A stretch of DNA of 64,000 bases from Chiloscyllium plagiosum (lineage: Eukaryota), in the NCBI RefSeq assembly GCF_004010195.1, contig NC_057754.1, positions 12,628,609-12,692,608 on the forward strand, in the 5' to 3' direction. Both the position numbers and the translations under genes were made by a program. Position 1 is the stretch's first letter, and each line of letters opens with the position of its first letter. Positions 25,321 to 38,025 of the stretch are shown here, piece by piece. The notes under the pieces were generated by a model. The model ran no database searches. It was not told the DNA's origin and saw nothing but the letters and a program-made list of their open reading frames with translations.

Positions 25321-26899
25321 CCTCTAGTTCCCTCTACCTGCCTCACTCTCAGTTACACCCTTCTGTCCATGACCACTGACTGAATTTGAGGTAGTCGATC
25401 TAAGGGGCCTTCTGAAAAAGTGTCCAGGTAACTCTTTCCCCCCCCCCTTATGATGTGTAGCAGTGTTCAGAGCTCAGACTCCAGCTTGTCAATCTGAACC
25501 AGAGTTTCTCAAGCAACTTTCTGTGGATGTAGTCACTATGAGCTACAGTAGGTCCACCAGATTCCACACAACGCTGTTATGACACATCATCACATCCAAC
25601 ATCTCTATTTTAATTATTTAGTTAATTTGATTTTTAAAAAAATATACTGAAAAAATGCCCACTGTTGGGGATATGAATTGACCATGTCCCAGAGACCAGA
25701 ATTGGATGAGTGCAGATATCTTGAAGGATTGTGTGGCTGGTAGAGAATACAGAGATAGGAATAATCGCTATCATTGAGGGATTTGAAAACAAGGACCTGA
25801 TATTATTTTAAAATGTTGCTGTGTTTCAACTGGTGAGGTTTTCAGGTCAGTGTGAGTGAGCATGCAGGCAGCGGAGTGTTGCGTGAGCTGAAGATTACAG
25901 GGAGATTGAAAGTGGGACGTGGATCAGGAGTGTGTTAGAGTCATTCAGTTTCGAGGTTACAAAGGATTGGATGAGGTTTTCAGCACATGGAGCTGTGACT
26001 GTGTTGGAGTCAGGCCACGTCACTGAAATGGAAATAGAACGTCACACTGAGGATGTGGCTCTGTGATTGAAAGCTGATCTCCAAGTCTGATATTCCACCA
26101 ACTTTGTGAGGGGCCTGGTTCAGGCAGTTACCAGAGCAAGTGATACAGTTGAAGTGAGGAGGTTTGTAACAGAGACTGAAGCGTACAGCTTTCAGTGAAC
26201 AAAGAATCAGGAGTAGGCCTTTCAGCTGTTCTTCCATTGAATGACATCATGACTGGTCTGTGGCCTTACTCCATATACCTACCTTTGGCTCATATCCCTG
26301 AATACATTTGCTGAACATAAGTTTATTTGTCTCAGATTTAGAACTAACAGTTAGTGATTGAGCATCAACTGCCACTTTTGGAACATAGTTCCAAACATTT
26401 CCCACCCTTTTTGTGCAGAAGTAATTCCTAGCATCTCTCCTAAATAGACTGTGCTCCCAAGTTCTAACCAAATTGGAGGAAATATCTATTCATCCCCCAT
26501 TGGATATTGGGACATTGAGAGATTCGGAGGGAGATGGTGGTGGTCACATGTGCCTGCTCCCCTGGTCCTTCATGGTAGTGGAATTGGCAGATTTGGGAGG
26601 TTTTGCTAAAATTTAGGTTGAGCTGTTGTTAACATCTCCTGCTACCACGCACACAGTCCATATGAGCAGGTTCCCTCCCCGAAATGGCATCAATGAATCA
26701 GTTGGGTTTGTAATGACAATCGGTAGCTTCTGTCATCACTTTTTTCTGAGTGTTCAGCCCCACAAATTGCCACCTTAATTCAACTCAGTTTTGCAACCTA
26801 CTGTGTCACTGGGTAAGTGTAAAAAATGGTGATAATACATTCTCCTACAATCAGGCAGAGTCGTGTGGTTTTGTGAAGGGGGAATCATAGCTGATAAGT

Positions 26900-27530
26900 T
26901 TGTTAAAATATTTTGAGGTAACAAGCAAGATAGATGAGGGGGAAACCAATAGATGAAACATAGATTTCTAAGAAGCATTCAATAAGGTATTGTATATGAG
27001 ATTACTTTTATACAATTTAAACCCATTTGAACACATTATTGGTGGCATATATTAATCAAGGATATTGATGAAGGATTGAATTATGAAATTAAGACAGTGA
27101 GTAAAGATAAAGCTAGAATCTTTATGATGGCAAATTGTTATTTGTGAAGACCCACAGGATTCAAAATTGGGGCCATAATTATTTACAATTTATACTAATC
27201 ATCTAGATGACAGAAGTGGATGTATTGTTGCCAAGTTTGCAAATGACACAAAATGGATGGGGAGGCAAGTAGGGAAGGTGTGTAGTGGTGAGGATGGCAA
27301 TGAAATTACAGAGGTAGGGACAGGGTAAGCAATTGTCAAAACTCAGCAGATGGAATACTCTGTCGAAAAAGTGAGGTGCATACATTTTGGTATGAAGACT
27401 AGGAAAGGTGAATATTATTTAGCTGGGGAACACGCTGCAGCACAGAGAGAATTGAGAGTCCTCTGGCTTGGGAGACAAGCAGCTAGCATCCAATTCAGGC
27501 AATCAGCAAGGTAAATAGTCAGTCAGTTGG
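26900..27530 (+). mobile_element. Old CR1 RT fragment
   Basis: Degenerate DFxKAF, PQxSxLGP and ccaagtttgcaaatgacacaaaa (KFAxDTK) codons. Confidence 0.65.
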
Positions 27531-27733
27531 CTGTTATTTGGGACACGGTGATTTGAAGAGGAACTTTTATATAGCAAACTGAAAGTAAGAGAAATGTTTG
27601 TCTTTTCTAGATTTCTATCCTGGACCATGAGTGATTTTTCTTTTGTGAATTCATTTTACAGGGTATTAATTGAGACTGGGATTTCAATACAAGTTCTGAT
27701 ATGGTTCTGTTCGCCGAGCTGGGAATTTGTGTT

Positions 27734-27773
27734 GCAGACGTTTCGTCCCCTGTCTAGGTGACATCCTCAGTGC
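27734..27773 (-). ncRNA. Minimal type-I hammerhead ribozyme motif in the PLE terminus
   Basis: GCA-CUGAGGA-U-GUCACCU/agac/AGGGGAC-GAAACGUC-UGC: intact core, stems I and II, palindromic ACGU helix III. Confidence 0.8.
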
Positions 27774-29783
27774 TTGGGAGCCTCCTGTGAAGTGCTTCTG
27801 TGTTGTTTCCTCTGGCATTTATAGTGGTTTGTCTCTGCCGCTTCCAGTTGTCAGTTCCAGTTGTCCGCTGCAGTGGCCGGTATATTGGATCCTTGTCAAT
27901 GTGTTTGTTGATAGAATCTGTGAATGAGTGCCATGCCTCTAGGAATTCCCTGGCTGTTCTCTGTTTGGTTTGTCCTATAATAGTAGTGTTGTCCCAGTCA
28001 AACTCATGTTGCTTGTCATCTGAGTGTGTGGCTACTAAGGATAGCTGGTCATGTCGTTTCGTGGCTAGTTGGTGTTCATGGATACGGATCGTTAGCTGTC
28101 TTCCTGTTTGTCCTATGCAATGTTTTGTGCAGTCCTTCCATGGGATTTTGTACACTACGTTGGTTTTGTTCATGCTGGGTTTTGTCCTTTGTCCTGGTGA
28201 GTAGTTGTCTGAGAGTGGCTGTTGGTTTGTGTGCTGTTATGAGTCCTAGTGGTCGTAGTAGTCTGGCTGTCAGTTCAGAAATGTTCTTGATGTATGGTAA
28301 CGTGGCTAGTCCTTTGGGTTGTGGCATATCCTCATTCGTTGTCTTTCCCTTAGGCATCTGTTGATGAAATTGCGGGGGTATCCGTTTTTGGCGAATACAT
28401 TGTAGAGATGTTCTTCTTCCTCTTTTTGCAGTTCCGGTGTGCTGCAGTGTGTTGTGGCTGTTTTTGAACAGTGTCTTGATGCAACTTATTTTGTGTGTGT
28501 TGGGGTGGTTGCTTTCGTAGTTCAGGACTTGGTCTGCGTGTGTGGCTTTCCTGTATATCTTTGTGGTGAATTCTCCATTCGGTGTTCTCTATACCATCAC
28601 GTCTAGGAATGGGAGTTGGTTGTCTTTTTCTTCCTCTCTAGTGAATCTGATTCCTGTGAGTGTGGCTAGATGATCTGGTGTGTGTTTTCTATTTCTGTGT
28701 TTTTAATGATTACAAAGGTGTCATCCACATGTCTAACCCAGAGTTTGGGTTGAATTTGCGGTAAAACTGTTCTAATCTTTGCATTACAGCTTCTTCTATG
28801 AGTCCAGAGATGGGTGAGCCCATGGGTGTGCCGTTGATTTATTCATATATTTGGTTGAATGTGAAGTGTGTTATGAGGCACAGTTTGAGTATGAGGTCTT
28901 TGTTGATAGGTTCCCTGTCTTGTTGTCTGTTCTGTATGTCCAGCTGGTTGGCTACTGTTTCTTTGGTTAGGGTTTTGTTGATAGAGATGAACAGTGCCAT
29001 TACATCGAATGAGACCATAGTTTCTTCCTTGTCTATGTGTATGTTTCTGATGTCCAAGAATTCCTGTCCGCTGATCAGGTGTTTCAGTTTCTGTTGTAGT
29101 TCTTTAGCCAGTTTGTGTGATGGTGTCCCTGGTAGCGATATGATGGGTGTGAGTGGGATGTCTGGTTTGTGCACTTTGGGTAGTCCATAGAATCTGGGGG
29201 TGGTGTTGCTTTCAGGTTTCATTCTCTGTAGGTCAAACCTGGTTATCTGTCCGTTTTTTTGCAGGTTCCTCAGTGTGTTGTTTATCCTATTCGTGAGCTG
29301 TGGATGGGGTCAAACGCCCTCTTTTGGTAGGTGTTGGTATCTGCAAGTAGTTGTTGCGCTTTCTGGATGTACTCTGCTTTGTCCAGGATGACCGTCATTC
29401 TGCCTTTGTCTGCTGGTAGTATGATTATGTTCTTATCATTCCTTAGTGTTTTTAGTGCTTCCCTCTCCTTGGTGTTGAGGTTGTGTGTTTGTCTTTTCCT
29501 TGTTATCAGGGGTACAATACTTTGTCTCATTGTTTGTTGTGTCTCTCCTGTCAATCCATTGTTTCTGAGTGTGCATTCTCGTTGCTAGGAAGTCTGCTGT
29601 CTGCCAGGGAATTCCTAGAGGCATGGCACTCATCCACAGAATCTATCAACAAACACATCGACCTGGACCCAATATACCGGCCACTGCAGCGGACAGCTGG
29701 AACTGATAACCGGAAGCGGCAGAGACAACCCACTATAAATGCCGGAGGAAACAACACAGAAGCGCTGCACAGGAGGCTCCCAA

Positions 29784-29823
29784 GCACTGAAAATGTCACC
29801 TAAACAGGGGACGAAACGTCTGC
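29784..29823 (+). ncRNA. Inverted copy of the hammerhead with a core mutation (CUGAAAA)
   Basis: gca-ctgaaaa-t-gtcacct-aaac-aggggac-gaaacgtc-tgc; G8 is replaced. Confidence 0.6.
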
Positions 29824-30725
29824 AACACAAATTCCCAGCTCGGCGAACAGAACCACGATAACGAGCACCCAAGCTACAAATCTTCTCTCAAACTTTGAAC
29901 AAGTTCTGATAGTCAGCATAGTCAACAGGATCTGAATATGAATTTGAATATCAATGGCATTTTACTATGGACTGAAAAAGGTTTGTCTGTTCTTTCTGTG
30001 GAAAATTATCTCTGATATGTTTGTCAATCGAAAAGAAGCATGATGTTCAAATTTGTGATTAGATTACCCTTGGGGTATGTGCTCAGTTCTGGGCCCTGCA
30101 GCTGAGGAGGGAGATATTAGCCAGAGAGGGAACATGGATTTATCCAAATTACACTCCATCTCTTTGAAGGCACTGTCATATTTAGTCCCAATCACAGATT
30201 CATGATTTTAACCCATAAACTCCTCGTTCTCAATTACCTACAAACTTCCTTTTAAAACTCAGTATAATTTTATATTGTGGCACCTATTTAGGTGGAATAT
30301 TCCAGATCCTGACAGCTCTTTGTTGGTCCAGATCTGCTGAAGTCTCTGTTGAGTCTGGAGGTTATAAAGAGCTGAAATGAAAGATGTGATACTATTCCCT
30401 GAGTGCTCATAGAGCTGCATTGAAACAGTACAGGAGGCTGAAGTCAGTGCAGCTGACATTTAAATCACAGGGCTGCAGTGTGCATGTTGCTTGGCTCAAT
30501 GAGAGTGCTTTGGAGTTGTGCAAAACAGATGAGGTGAGACAGGGAGAAGGTGAAGCTGAAAGTTTGAGTGCGGTGTTCAATCTTAGTTCGAGCCGTTCAG
30601 AAAGTCACTCGGACCCAATGTGAACAGCTAATTTGGAAGTGTTACATATGGAGTTTGTTTTTTTTTCCCCACAGTTTTTAAAGTATGATACTATATATCA
30701 GATTAAGTAAAGGTTTGGGACATTT

Positions 30726-33700
30726 TTTTAATAGATATTTTTATTAGAAATTTAACATTTTTACAAGTTTACAAAAATAAACAAAACTCTCCGATATAAA
30801 CATTGATATACAATTAACTCAAATATACAATAGCCAAAATTTAACAAAAGACAAAAAAAAACCGAAAAAGAAAAAAAACAAAACTCAACTATCTACTAAT
30901 CTAACCTACAACTAACCAGAGTGTATATTTAAGTCTCTTACATGCTCGGAATGTGTTAACATCAGATGTAATAAAACCTGTAATCTCAATTAAATAAAAG
31001 CCCTTGTTAGGATAGCCGAAATATCTGTATTTATGTAATTCAAAAAGGGCTGCCATATTTTATAAAATAATTCGGTCTTTCGGTGCACCATATTTGTAAG
31101 GAAGTCAAGGGGAATACATTCCATAATTAGTCTCTGCCAATTTGAAAGTCCAGGGGGGCCCTCCGCCACCCAGTTCATCAAAATATTTTCCTTGCACAGA
31201 AAGAAAGAATAGAAAATAGTCTCTTCCCGTACGTGTCCAGGGAGGGAAAGTTCGAAAAGCCCAAGAGGAGAGATACAGGGTCCACTTTTATTTCTGTTCC
31301 TAAAATTTCTGTCAGGGTACTTGCTACTTTAGTCCAATATCTACGGATCTTATGACAGGTCCATAAGCAATGTACAAGAGTGCCCACCTCTATTTTGCAT
31401 TTAGGACACATTGGAGATGCTCCTGCCTTAAATTTTGCCAATCGAACCGGTGCTATATGGGCCCTATAAAGTATCTTCAGCTGGATAGCCTGGATTCTGT
31501 TACAAATAGTAATTCTTCTAGCATTTTCCCAAATATCATTCCACGTTTCTATAGAGATTTCTAGTCCCAAATCCTGATCCCATGTTTTAAGCAGATAATC
31601 CATATCTCCCGATACTTCATCATGTAGTAAATGATAAATAGTAATACCCCCACTGGTCGTAGGACACTACATTCTCTATCGGATTTATAAAGACTATCTA
31701 ATAACATAGTCTTCTTCTGTATATAATCTCGAATTTGGAAATATCGAAAGAGGTCTCCATTAGGTAATCCGAATTTCAAAAGACATCAGGACCTCATCTT
31801 TAAATAGATCCCCTAAATATGAGATACCCCTGGATCTCCAGAGTTTAAAAGTGGCATCTGTAAACCCCGGTTGGAATCCCCATGCTCCCACTATCAGTGC
31901 ATAGGGGGATGTTTTATGTGAATTACCCTCATTTTGCCGCATTATATTCCAAGCCTTGATTGTATTCAGTATTATAGGGTTTTTACAGTGATCTGTAATG
32001 ATTTTCCTCTTGTCTGAGAATAAAAGGTTAATAAGTGGGTATTTTACTTGAGAAGCCTCGATGTCCAACCAGATTGATTGTGGATCAGACAAGACCCAAT
32101 CAACTATGTAACTTAATAGGGAACTTAACTGATATTTCCTAAAGTCTGGGAAGTCCAATCCACCCCTTGCCTATGGAAGCTGTAGCTTCTTCAGCTTAAT
32201 AAGGGACCACCTATGATTCCAGATAAAGGAACTCAGCCAGCCGTATAATTTACATAAAGCCGTCCTCGGCAGCATCACCGGAAGCATTCTCATAGGATAT
32301 ACGAGACGGGGCAGGATATTCATTTTGATTAATGCTATTCTACCCAACCAGGAAACTGGCAGGCCCCCCCATCGCTGGAGGTCCTGCCTTATCCTTTCCA
32401 ATAAATACACAAAATTAGCCTTATACAACTGACCAAATACTGGAGTAATAAAAATGCCTAAATATAAGAAACCCTCCAGGGACCAGCGAAAGGGAAAAAG
32501 GGAACCGTCCGCTAAGCGGGGTATCACAGCAAGGCCACCCATTGGCATAGCCTCCGATTTTGAAAAATTAATTTTATAGCCTGAGAATGCACTAAATGTA
32601 TTAATAACTTGGATTAAGCGAGGTATGGACATCAAAGGGTTACTGAGGAATAGAAGAACATCATCTGCATAAAGGGTAATTTTATGTTTACCTGTACCAA
32701 TCCTTGGGGCCACTATATTAGGATCAGCTCGTATAGCATCTGCTAGTGGTTCAATTATTAGCGTGAATAACAATGGCGAGAGGGGACATCCCTGACGGCA
32801 GCCCCTACCCACACTGAAGCTATCCGAGCCTAATCCATTGGTAACCACAACTGCTTTGGGATCACTATACAATGTTGAGACCCATTTGGTAAACACCTGT
32901 CCAACACCAAACCTCTCCAATGTGTAAAACAAATATGACCATTCGACCCTATCAAATGCCTTTTCCGCGTCTAATGAAACCACTACTCCTGGTATCTTTC
33001 CCTGATGACAAGCTTGAATCATATTCAGAGCCCTTCTAACATTATTGGATGATCTACGGCCCTTAATAAACCCCGTCTGATCCTCCTTTATAATATGTGG
33101 CAGTATCCTTTCTAGTCTCAGTGCTAACGTTTTAGAGAGGATTTTAAAATCTACATTTAGCAAGGATATTAGTCTGTATGATGTACAATCTTCTGGGTCC
33201 TTTCCTTTTTTAAGGATAAGAGAGATATTTGCCTCTTTCAACGAAGGCGGGAGACAGCCCTGACTATATGCATAGTTATACATGTCCATAAGTGGACCAA
33301 CCAGTATTTCTGTAAATTCTTTATAGAATTCAGCTTGAAAACAATCTGGGCCCGGTGCCTTACCACTCTGAAGTTGCCTAATTGCATCAAGTATTTCTTG
33401 GACTGTTAGNNNNNNNNNNNNNNNNNNNNNNNNNNNNNNNNNNNNNNNNNNNNNNNNNNNNNNNNNNNNNNNNNNNNNNNNNNNNNNNNNNNNNNNNNNN
33501 NNNNNNNNNNNNNNNNNNNNNNNNNNNNNNNNNNNNNNNNNNNNNNNNNNNNNNNNNNNNNNNNNNNNNNNNNNNNNNNNNNNNNNNNNNNNNNNNNNNN
33601 NNNNNNNNNNNNNNNNNNNNNNNNNNNNNNNNNNNNNNNNNNNNNNNNNNNNNNNNNNNNNNNNNNNNNNNNNNNNNNNNNNNNNNNNNNNNNNNNNNNN

Positions 33701-35328
33701 NNNNNNNNNNNNNNNNNNNNNNNNNNNNNNNNNNNNNNNNNNNNNNNNNNNNNNNNNNNNNNNNNNNNNNNNNNNNNNNNNNNNNNNNNNNNNNNNNNNN
33801 NNNNNNNNNNNNNNNNNNNNNNNNNNNNNNNNNNNNNNNNNNNNNNNNNNNNNNNNNNNNNNNNNNNNNNNNNNNNNNNNNNNNNNNNNNNNNNNNNNNN
33901 NNNNNNNNNNNNNNNNNNNNNNNNNNNNNNNNNNNNNNNNNNNNNNNNNNNNNNNNNNNNNNNNNNNNNNNNNNNNNNNNNNNNNNNNNNNNNNNNNNNN
34001 NNNNNNNNNNNNNNNNNNNNNNNNNNNNNNNNNNNNNNNNNNNNNNNNNNNNNNNNNNNNNNNNNNNNNNNNNNNNNNNNNNNNNNNNNNNNNNNNNNNN
34101 ACACACATATACATACATCCCTCATATATACATAAAATAATAACAGAAAACAACTCCAAGGGGGGGGGGGGAGAAAATCAAATCCCTCTCCCCTCCCCCC
34201 ATAATAATATTAAGCAATAAGGTAAGAAAAAAAAAGGGAGGGGATATAAACCAAAACGGGGAGGGGGGAAGGACGACCAACATCCATTATGTCCTACAGT
34301 TTATCTAAGAGAGTCCAAGAATTCCTTAGCCTTTTCTGGTGATCCAAAGTTATATACAGATCCTTCATGGTTAAAGCGTAACATCGCTGGGTAGCGTAAG
34401 GTGTACTGTATATTTAAGTCCCTTAAACGCTTCTTCGCCTCGTCAAATGTCTTCCTCTTTCGAACCAGAGCCGGGGGAAAGTCCTGAAATAGCATGATCT
34501 TGGGTCCTTTGTAGATCATAGCTTGGGGGTCTTTTCTGAGATTTCTAGAGGCTTCTAGGAGTATCTGCCTCTCCCTATAGCTCTGCAGCCGGAACAGGAC
34601 CGGGCGTGGGCGCTGGTTCGAGCCGGGCCCGTGTATTGCGACCCGGTAGGCCCATTCTACCCTTACCTTGCCTGATCCAGCTTCCAGATTTAAAAGCTGT
34701 GGCAGCCACTGCTCCAAGAATGCTGTAAACTGGCCTTACTCTTCCCGTTCGAGAAGGCCCAGCAAACGAATATTTTTTCGACGACCTCGATTATCGAGGT
34801 CATCAATGTAATTCTCTAAGGTCCGGACTCGCTGTTCGAGAGTCCGGACCTGATCCACGGCCGATTGAGCTGCAGTTTCGGAGGTCGCGGCCTTTAACTC
34901 CGTCCCTCTGACTCGGCGCTCGATTTCTTGGATGTCTCAGTCATGCTTCTGCAGTGCGGCCGAGAGTGAGTCCCATCGATTTCGGGACTCCTCGATGAAA
35001 GCATCGATCTTCGCGTCCAGCTTGGAGATCATCTCCACAAGGCTTGTTACTATAGGTAAGTCCCCTGGGCCGGCTGTGGACGCCTCTGCTGCAGCTGGAG
35101 AGGGTGGGGGAGGGGGTCCTGCTTGTTGAGAGCTGCGGGCTCCCTTCCCTTTAGTCATTTTAATTAAAGATTTGATTGTTTAAGTTTAATATTAAACAAC
35201 TAATTAAATTAAACAACTATTATAAATGATTTGGTGAGTGTGGTGGGGGTAGGTGACCCACTTTACCCAAGTCTTGGGAGGAGCACTGTAGACTCAGTCT
35301 TGCTAGGTCGCCGTCATCTTGGATCCCA
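30726..35328 (-). mobile_element. Near full-length L1-clade LINE (ORF1 + ORF2), disabled
   Basis: ORF1 pieces 34937-35158 and 34301-34717 (RPRPVLFRL, LFQDF, LRYPA); ORF2 RT (SLDAEKAFDRV, RQGCPLSPLLF, LYADD) and C-terminal CPKC...HCLWTC; A-rich tail; TSD ggacattt at 30718-30725 and 35329-35336; endonuclease domain falls in the gap. Confidence 0.95.
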
Positions 35329-35399
35329 GGACATTTATAACAAAGGAAGACTTGAGCTCATTTAAATTCTCTTAATGGGAATAACTAAATAAATCTGGA

Positions 35400-35530
35400 G
35401 AGAAGTCATGACTGGAGATCTCAGACCCAGGATGTGCTCCTCTTGCACGCTGTGGGGAAATAAGGGATGCTTACAGTGTCCCTGATGGCTAAATGTGCAG
35501 AAAGTCTGTCCAGCTGCAGCTACTAAGTAC
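35400..35530 (+). mobile_element. CR1 ORF1 N-terminal remnant
   Basis: CSSC..W...CRK..QLQLL-type codons (atgtgctcctcttgcacgctgtgg...tgcagaaag...cagctgcagctacta). Confidence 0.5.
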
Positions 35531-36074
35531 ACCTGCATCAGGAATGATGAAGGGCTTATGCGCAAAATGTCTATTTCCCCTACTCCTCAGATGCAGCTTG
35601 ACTGGCTGTGTTTTTGTGTAAAAGGACTTGCTGTTTGCTTTTGCTCACACCAATGAATGAACCTTAGTCATTGGGCAGTTTGTGTTGATATTATTAAACC
35701 CAGCTGTATTGAATGTGCTGGTATTGTAGGTAAAATATTGATACAATTGTGTATCTGTATAGTAAATTGTGATCATTTTCAAAATGTCGCTGTACAGCAA
35801 CACACTATCCACCTGCAGATTGTCTGAAAAGTGATTTTCAGTATTGGATTTTGATGTCATTGTTGTTTATATCCAAAACATGTTTTCTGGACCTGTTTCT
35901 GATTGTTTGTAAACACCACAAGTTCAATGAATTATTTGGGATAAAAATAATACAAATCAGGTTTTCATTAAAAGTATGTTGCATCAACTCTGCCTCATTC
36001 TGAGTCCCTTAGAGATAAGATAATCATATATCTTCCTCATATGAGCAGTTGGGAGAAGGCACATCCAGAGTGAG

Positions 36075-36365
36075 ATTAGATTCCCGACAGTGTGGAAACG
36101 GGCCAATCCAATCGACCCTCCAAAGAGAAACCCACCCTGACCCATTTCTCTCAGGCTAATGCACCTAGCACTATAGGCAATTTAGCATAGCCAATTCACC
36201 TGACCCGCACATCTTTGGACTGTAGGAGGAAACCAGAGCACCCGGAGGAAACCCACGCAGACATGGGGAGAATGTGCAAATTCCACAGAGACAGTCGCAC
36301 GAGGCTGGAATTGAACCTGAGACCATGGTGCTGTGAGGCAGCAGTGTTAACCACTGAGCCACTGT
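36075..36365 (-). mobile_element. HE1-like V-SINE
   Basis: Full head, V-core and agattagatt tail. Confidence 0.88.
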
Positions 36366-36399
36366 GATAGCTGGAAATTTAGTTACAAAAGCTGTTGTG

Positions 36400-37790
36400 C
36401 CAAATATAACCTAACTTGACAGGGGGTTGGGATCCAGAGAGAATATCCAAAAGGGTAAGAAAGGAATCCACAAGCGAGTCAGGAAGGCATTGACATTACA
36501 GGTCAGTTATGGTGCATTGGATTTTGACATGGTTGAATCCTACAGCTTTGACGATCGAGGCAGATGAGTTTAGGATAAAAATCAAAACATAGGAATATGA
36601 TGACATTGCTGTCACTGAGACATGGTTGAGAGAGAGGCAGGATTGTAGGCTCAATACTCCAGGATACAGGGTCTTCTTGTGAGACGGTGAAGGAGGTAGA
36701 GGTATCACAACTATGTTCAGAGAATTCATTACAGCTTAGGAAACTCCTTAATTACTTTGGAGTTTCAAGAAATTTGCAGAGCGAGGAGAAGACGTTTGTT
36801 CAAACTCGAAGGACAAATAAGGAGGCAAGTTTCGAGGAAGTGTAGAAGTAATAGCGGGGGATTTCAACTTCCCCAACATCAACTGTAGTCATCATACTGT
36901 GAAAGATTTAGCAGAACTTTTAAAATAGATCCAGTATAGCTTTTGAAGCCAGGATACAGAAACACCAACAAAGAATGGGGGAGGTCCTGCAGTTAACTTC
37001 AGGTAACCAAGGTGGACAAGTGGGTGCAGTATGAGTGAGGGTGCATTTTGTAGACAGTTATCAGAACTCTTTTGAAAAAATTCAGAATTGTTATGGAAAA
37101 GGACAAGGATGGGCCTGCAATCAAAGTTCTAACTTGTTGATTTTAATAAGACCTGATCATGATTTGGCCAGAGTGCACAAGCAGCAGATACTTTCAGACA
37201 AATGTGCAGCAGAGAATGTAAATGGGGAGATATGGAGAGCTATAATGGGAACATGAACTGATAAGGCCAAATAAGATAAAGGGAAGTACTCAGTTGTTTT
37301 CCAGGTACATTAATGGTTAAAGAATAATTGGAGAATGAGTAAGGCACATTTAAGGGACACAGAGGTAATTTGTATGTGGAAGCAAAGGATGTAGGCCTGG
37401 TTCAAAATGAATACTATGTGTCAGTGTTCACAAGTGAGAGAGATTAATTAGGGAGAATTACTGTGATAAAATTTAAAGAAATTTGCACAAAGAGAAAAGA
37501 AGATTTTGAGATTTCCAGTGTCAAATGAAATTTATCCTGCATTGTTGGGATGATAAGTTATAGAAAGAAATAGAAGGGGTGCTTGTAAGAATTTTCAGTT
37601 CACCTTGACAAGAGGAAAGGTACTTCAGGACTGAAGAATAGTCAGGAACTTTTATTTGAGAAGGAAGCAAGGGATAAACTAAGGAACTGCAAGCCAGTCA
37701 GTCTCATTTTGGTGGTGCGGATACTATTGGAAATAATTCTGAGGGATGGATTTCATTTGTATTTGGAGAGGCAGTGATTAATCAAGATTT
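36400..37790 (+). mobile_element. Old CR1 ORF2 fragment
   Basis: AVTETW and GDFNFPNI APE motifs and NCKPVSL codons; heavily decayed. Confidence 0.75.
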
Positions 37791-38025
37791 GAAAAGTATG
37801 GAGTTGGAAAAGAATAGCAGGTCACACAGCATCCGCGGAGCTGGAGAGTTGATGATTCAGGTATAAGCCCTTCATTAGGAGTGTGGAGTGAGGGGCAGCT
37901 GAGAAATGAATAGGAGCCTGGGGATCGGGAGGAGCGTGGGGATCGGGAGGAGGTAGCTGAAGGTGATAGGTAGATGTGGGGTGGAGCTTGGTGATAGGTC
38001 GGAGGGGAGGGTGGAGCGGATTGGT
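37790..38025 (-). mobile_element. PLE 3' end remnant at the left edge of duplication copy B
   Basis: Similar to 24640-24885; decayed ctaatgaagggcttatacctgaatc. Confidence 0.6.

Larger units (their letters stand above)
27702..29898 (-). mobile_element. Penelope-like element (RT + GIY-YIG), 5'-truncated, with inverted terminal duplication
   Basis: PADKG, PRFYGLPKVHK, MVSFDV, PMGSPISG, RHVDD, VVYKIP...IGQTGR motifs across frameshifts; 13-bp TSD acaagttctgata at 27689-27701 and 29899-29911; 27702-27954 inverted at 29603-29855. Confidence 0.95.

Noticed and set aside
35540..35615. Functional hammerhead
   Set aside because: Core is degenerate (atgatga...caaaatgtc); old remnant of the mini-element family
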